A stretch of 57,758 nucleotides of DNA, taken from positions 3,942 to 61,699 of the forward strand of contig MFDK01000036.1 in NCBI GenBank assembly GCA_001776865.1. The letters run 5' to 3'. Made by a program: the position numbers and the translations under genes. How positions within the stretch are numbered: the stretch's first letter is position 1; each line of letters begins with the position of its first letter. Under the pieces are notes generated by a model. It was not told the origin of the DNA. It searched no databases and saw only the letters and a list, made by a program, of their open reading frames with translations. Of the stretch, positions 55,075 through 57,758 are shown one piece after another. The stretch comes from Candidatus Daviesbacteria bacterium RIFCSPLOWO2_01_FULL_37_10 (GTDB taxonomy: Bacteria > Patescibacteriota > Microgenomatia > Daviesbacterales > UBA10151).

Positions 55075-55115
55075 GCAACTCCCGAAGTTGTTTAGATTGA
55101 AACTTCGGGAGTTGC
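55075..55115. repeat. Inverted REP pair: gcaactcccgaagtt-(11 nt)-aacttcgggagttgc
   Basis: Perfect 15 bp arms. The loop and right arm carry TTGAAA (55097-55102), a 17 nt spacer and TATAAT (55120-55125). Confidence 0.85.
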
Positions 55116-55131
55116 AGTGTATAATATATAC

Positions 55132-55782
55132 ATGCCAATACGTACCACTCCTTTTGCCAATGATTATTTTTACCATATCTACAATAGGGGAGTTGAAAAA
55201 AGAATTACTTACCTAGATGATAGGGATTTTAATCACTTTCTAAAAATATTAAATTACTATAGATATTCTGATCCTAAACCAAGTTTCTCAAAAACTACAG
55301 AAGAACAATTAAAGAGTGTTGAGAAAAACGAAAGAATAGTGGAAATCATATGTTACTGTCTTATGCCCAACCACTTCCATTTATTACTTAAGCAGCTAAA
55401 AGAGGGTGGTATTTCTGAATTCATGCGAAAAATCAGCGATGGACACACCAGGTATTTTAATACTAAACATAGTCGAGTCGGACCATTATTCCAAGGAACT
55501 TTTAAGGCAGTTCTAATTGAAACTGACGAACAGCTTCTGCATGTGTCAAGATATATTCACCTAAACCCCGTAGTCTCCCTTCTAGTCAAAGATTTAAAGG
55601 GTTACAAATGGTCTTCTTACCCTGAATATATTGGAAGTAGAAATCATAAACTAATTAGTAAAGAGGAGATATTAAATTTTTTCAAGGATGCTAAAGAATA
55701 TGAGAGGTTTTGCCTGGATCAGATAAGTTATGGCATAGATCTCGAACGCATCAAACATAAATTGTTAGACGGAGAAGAATAG
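55132..55782 (+). CDS. REP-associated tyrosine transposase (RAYT; IS200/IS605 Y1 HUH family)
   Basis: HUH motif CYCLMPNHFHLLLK and catalytic Tyr region SRYIHLNPV. I start at ATG 55132, 6 nt after TATAAT. The track's GTG 55117 lies inside the promoter. Confidence 0.88.
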   Translation: MPIRTTPFANDYFYHIYNRGVEKRITYLDDRDFNHFLKILNYYRYSDPKPSFSKTTEEQLKSVEKNERIVEIICYCLMPNHFHLLLKQLKEGGISEFMRKISDGHTRYFNTKHSRVGPLFQGTFKAVLIETDEQLLHVSRYIHLNPVVSLLVKDLKGYKWSSYPEYIGSRNHKLISKEEILNFFKDAKEYERFCLDQISYGIDLERIKHKLLDGEE

Positions 55783-55783
55783 C

Positions 55784-55843
55784 TAGGTTGCAACTTCTAG
55801 GTTGCAACTTCGGGAGTTGATTACGCAGCAACATCGGGAGTGG
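55784..55843. repeat. Downstream REP copies
   Basis: Perfect tandem 14-mer TAGGTTGCAACTTC x2 (55784-55811) runs into GCAACTTCGGGAGTTG. A degenerate copy CAACATCGGGAGTGG lies at 55829-55843. Confidence 0.75.
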
Positions 55844-55910
55844 AATTTTATTGACAAAACTCTCGTCTTAGAATTTGCAAGTTTATAGCTTCTTATGATA
55901 TATTTTGAAT

Positions 55911-56111
55911 ATGGACGCTGAAAGAATTTTTAAAGAGACCAAGGAAAATCCAATTTTGCATCCAGAAGTCACGCCGACTCCTGAAACTCCAGAAATATCA
56001 ATTCCAACCTCTATAAGACCAACCATTGTTCCTCAAGCCCCTATTCCAACACCAACCAGAGGATCCGAAGCTACACCAATACTACCTACACCCACTAAAA
56101 TTGAAAAGTAG
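55911..56111 (+). CDS. Small Pro/Thr-rich hypothetical protein (66 aa)
   Basis: TTGCAA (55875-80), 18 nt, TG-n-TATATT (55899-904), 6 nt, then ATG 55911. Low-complexity PT-rich product. Coding status is uncertain. Confidence 0.4.
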   Translation: MDAERIFKETKENPILHPEVTPTPETPEISIPTSIRPTIVPQAPIPTPTRGSEATPILPTPTKIEK

Positions 56112-56125
56112 CCTGGTTTCAAAGA

Positions 56126-57758
56126 TTAACACATACTATACCCGCAGCTATAACATTTCTTACATCCTTCTTCATAAACAAACGCTGCCTGACCGCAGTC
56201 CGGGCAAAGATCTATATACGTTGAAGCTGAAGGCTGTATTCCATCATTACCATTAAACGTAAGATTAAGCGGTATAGGCTCAGAAGTAGAGTCATCCCAA
56301 ACACTTTCGTTGATAGCCAAATCCTCAGATAAAGCTTTGGCAATTGCATCTGCTAAGCTCATAACTCTTGATTTTCCAAATCCTACAGTAGACGCTCCTC
56401 CAATTCCCCGAAGCTGTGAAACAATTTTTTGTGCAATAGTTTTTGGATCTACCGCCTTTGAAGAACGGGCTATCTTTAGAGATAAAGACACAAGTCTCCC
56501 CATAGCTTCTGCGTCTGCCATTGTATGCATACCTCCTTTGCCTATTGTCACAAAAACTTCAAACGGCTGATCCCCGCTATCGCGGTTGATGGTAATAAAT
56601 CCCTCACCTACCGGAGTCTGCATCTTATATGTTCTTCCACGAAGTACCATTGGTCTGCTCGCAACCGTATCTTGTGATTCTAATTCTGCAACAGATTCCT
56701 CTGTTTTTGACTTCAGAGTCGAAGAAACATTCAAAACCTGAGTTGTTTTAGATCCGTCCCTGTAAACTGTAATACCATTACAGCCAGTTTCCCATGCCAT
56801 TAAATAAGCAGTTCTAATATCGTCAACTCCGGCTGAGTTTGGCAAGTTAATAGTTTTAGAAACAGCATTATCGGTAAATTTTTGGAAAGCAGCCTGCATT
56901 TTAACATGCCACTGGGGCTCTATTTCTCCTGCAGTAACAAAAACTTTTTGCCACTCCACAGGAACTTCTTCAATTCCATTTACAGAACCATGATCCATGA
57001 CCTTTTTAGCCAAATCTTCCGACCAAAAACCCTGCTCTCTGGCAACTGTCTCAAAACTCTGATTGGCAATAGTTAAATATCTCATCTCCATACCGGTTTT
57101 ACCTCCGTCACCTTTGGCACGGTGAATATAAGCAAGAGCAAAAACAGGTTCAATTCCGGAGGAACAGTCAGCAATAATTGAAATAGTTCCGGTTGGAGCA
57201 ATGGTTGTAATTGTTGAATTTCTGATGGGTTTCCCGGAAGAATAGGCATAACAAGTCTCTCTCCCCTTAAAACTTGGGTGGTTTTTATCAGCATAAATTG
57301 ATTCTTTCCAGAGAGGGAATGGTTCTCGAACTTCAGCAAGTTCCTCACTCATCTTATGACCTTCATCATTTATAAACTGCATCACTTTTTCAGCTAATTT
57401 CAGTGCTTCTTCAGAATTATAGACAATTTTTAGCTTAAACAGCATATCTGCCCAACCCATAACCCCAAGTCCAATCCTCCTTACTTTATGAACCTGATCA
57501 TAAATTTGTTCTACAGTATAAGGGTTAGTCTGTACTACATTATCCAAAAAATGCACAGCTTTTCTTGTATATTCGCGCAGAGCTTCCCAGTCTACTCCGG
57601 ATCCATCCGGCAATACGGATTTTCCTAAATTAATAGAGCCTAAATTACAAGCATCCCATGGCCAGAGCGGCTGTTCGCCGCAGGGGTTTGTAGATTCAAT
57701 CAATCCGAGCGATGGAACCGGATTGGCAGGCGAGTTATTAATTCTGTCTATAAAAATA
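56126..57758 (-). CDS. nrdJ: Class II (adenosylcobalamin-dependent) ribonucleotide reductase, C-terminal ~540 codons (5' end outside the window)
   Basis: STNPCGEQPL active-site loop, TIAPTGTISI, SKTINLP and ITVYRDGS motifs, plus a C-terminal CPDCG...CKKCYSCG zinc ribbon. The reading frame stays open to the window edge. Confidence 0.93.
   Translation of the reverse strand, partial: IFIDRINNSPANPVPSLGLIESTNPCGEQPLWPWDACNLGSINLGKSVLPDGSGVDWEALREYTRKAVHFLDNVVQTNPYTVEQIYDQVHKVRRIGLGVMGWADMLFKLKIVYNSEEALKLAEKVMQFINDEGHKMSEELAEVREPFPLWKESIYADKNHPSFKGRETCYAYSSGKPIRNSTITTIAPTGTISIIADCSSGIEPVFALAYIHRAKGDGGKTGMEMRYLTIANQSFETVAREQGFWSEDLAKKVMDHGSVNGIEEVPVEWQKVFVTAGEIEPQWHVKMQAAFQKFTDNAVSKTINLPNSAGVDDIRTAYLMAWETGCNGITVYRDGSKTTQVLNVSSTLKSKTEESVAELESQDTVASRPMVLRGRTYKMQTPVGEGFITINRDSGDQPFEVFVTIGKGGMHTMADAEAMGRLVSLSLKIARSSKAVDPKTIAQKIVSQLRGIGGASTVGFGKSRVMSLADAIAKALSEDLAINESVWDDSTSEPIPLNLTFNGNDGIQPSASTYIDLCPDCGQAAFVYEEGCKKCYSCGYSMC

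Larger units (their letters stand above)
55075..55843 (+). mobile_element. RAYT gene flanked by REP-like hairpins (REPtron-like unit)
   Basis: An IS200/IS605-like Y1 transposase gene is bracketed by copies of CAACT-TCGGG-AGTTG. One inverted pair lies upstream and two to three direct copies lie downstream. Confidence 0.8.

Noticed and set aside
56026-56256. 76 aa plus-strand ORF overlapping the nrdJ 3' end
   Set aside because: It lies antisense to the conserved C-terminal zinc-ribbon coding region of nrdJ. It is also out of frame with the better-supported small ORF at 55911.

Overview
AT-rich 57.8 kb chromosomal segment, densely packed with short-spaced and overlapping genes. Gene content suggests a reduced-genome Patescibacteria/CPR organism, Microgenomates-like; this is an inference, since no rRNA is present to confirm it. 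It uses the standard code: RF2 is present and TGA terminates prfB, tsaE and the gene ending at 23942. I support about 60 CDS, one tRNA-Glu(CUC), one RAYT/REP mobile unit, one probable pseudogene and several repeat families. There is no rRNA, no CRISPR array and no recognisable defence or prophage module.

Gene blocks in order:
- 1-6255: envelope glycosylation genes, with three Dpm1/GtrB-like GT2 enzymes, one of them fused to a GT-C domain, plus GT-C membrane transferases.
- 6297-11337: gmd plus rmlDCBA.
- 11446-16129: CAP-domain protein, truncated tsaB and a MacAB-like efflux system.
- 16145-18315: Fic locus.
- 18375-24400: prfB, ftsE, ftsX, a coiled-coil M23 peptidase, a Ser/Thr/Pro-rich surface protein and tsaE.
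- 24402-35414: a second glycosylation block with four more GT-C paralogues, galE, a GH57-like gene and secreted proteins.
- 35523-46868: histidine kinase, secA, amidohydrolase, deaminase, serS, lysS, an unknown 453 aa gene and greA.
- 46993-49469: tRNA-Glu, an orphan receiver, a YerC/TrpR-like gene with an in-frame TGA bracketed by two copies of a 26 bp palindrome, and two unknown ORFs.
- 49473-57758: hppA, lon, cobO, RAYT and a partial nrdJ.

I did not find a clear-cut novel multi-gene system. The best candidates for something undescribed are:
- an apparently circularly permuted M23/LytM domain in the FtsEX-linked peptidase;
- the GT2-GT-C fusion together with an expanded GT-C subfamily;
- -10 boxes lying 6-9 nt upstream of start codons at 12 genes, suggesting leaderless mRNAs;
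- a dispersed palindromic element family sitting inside operons;
- the YerC-like locus.

All family calls rest on motifs I read in the translations. No database search was run.
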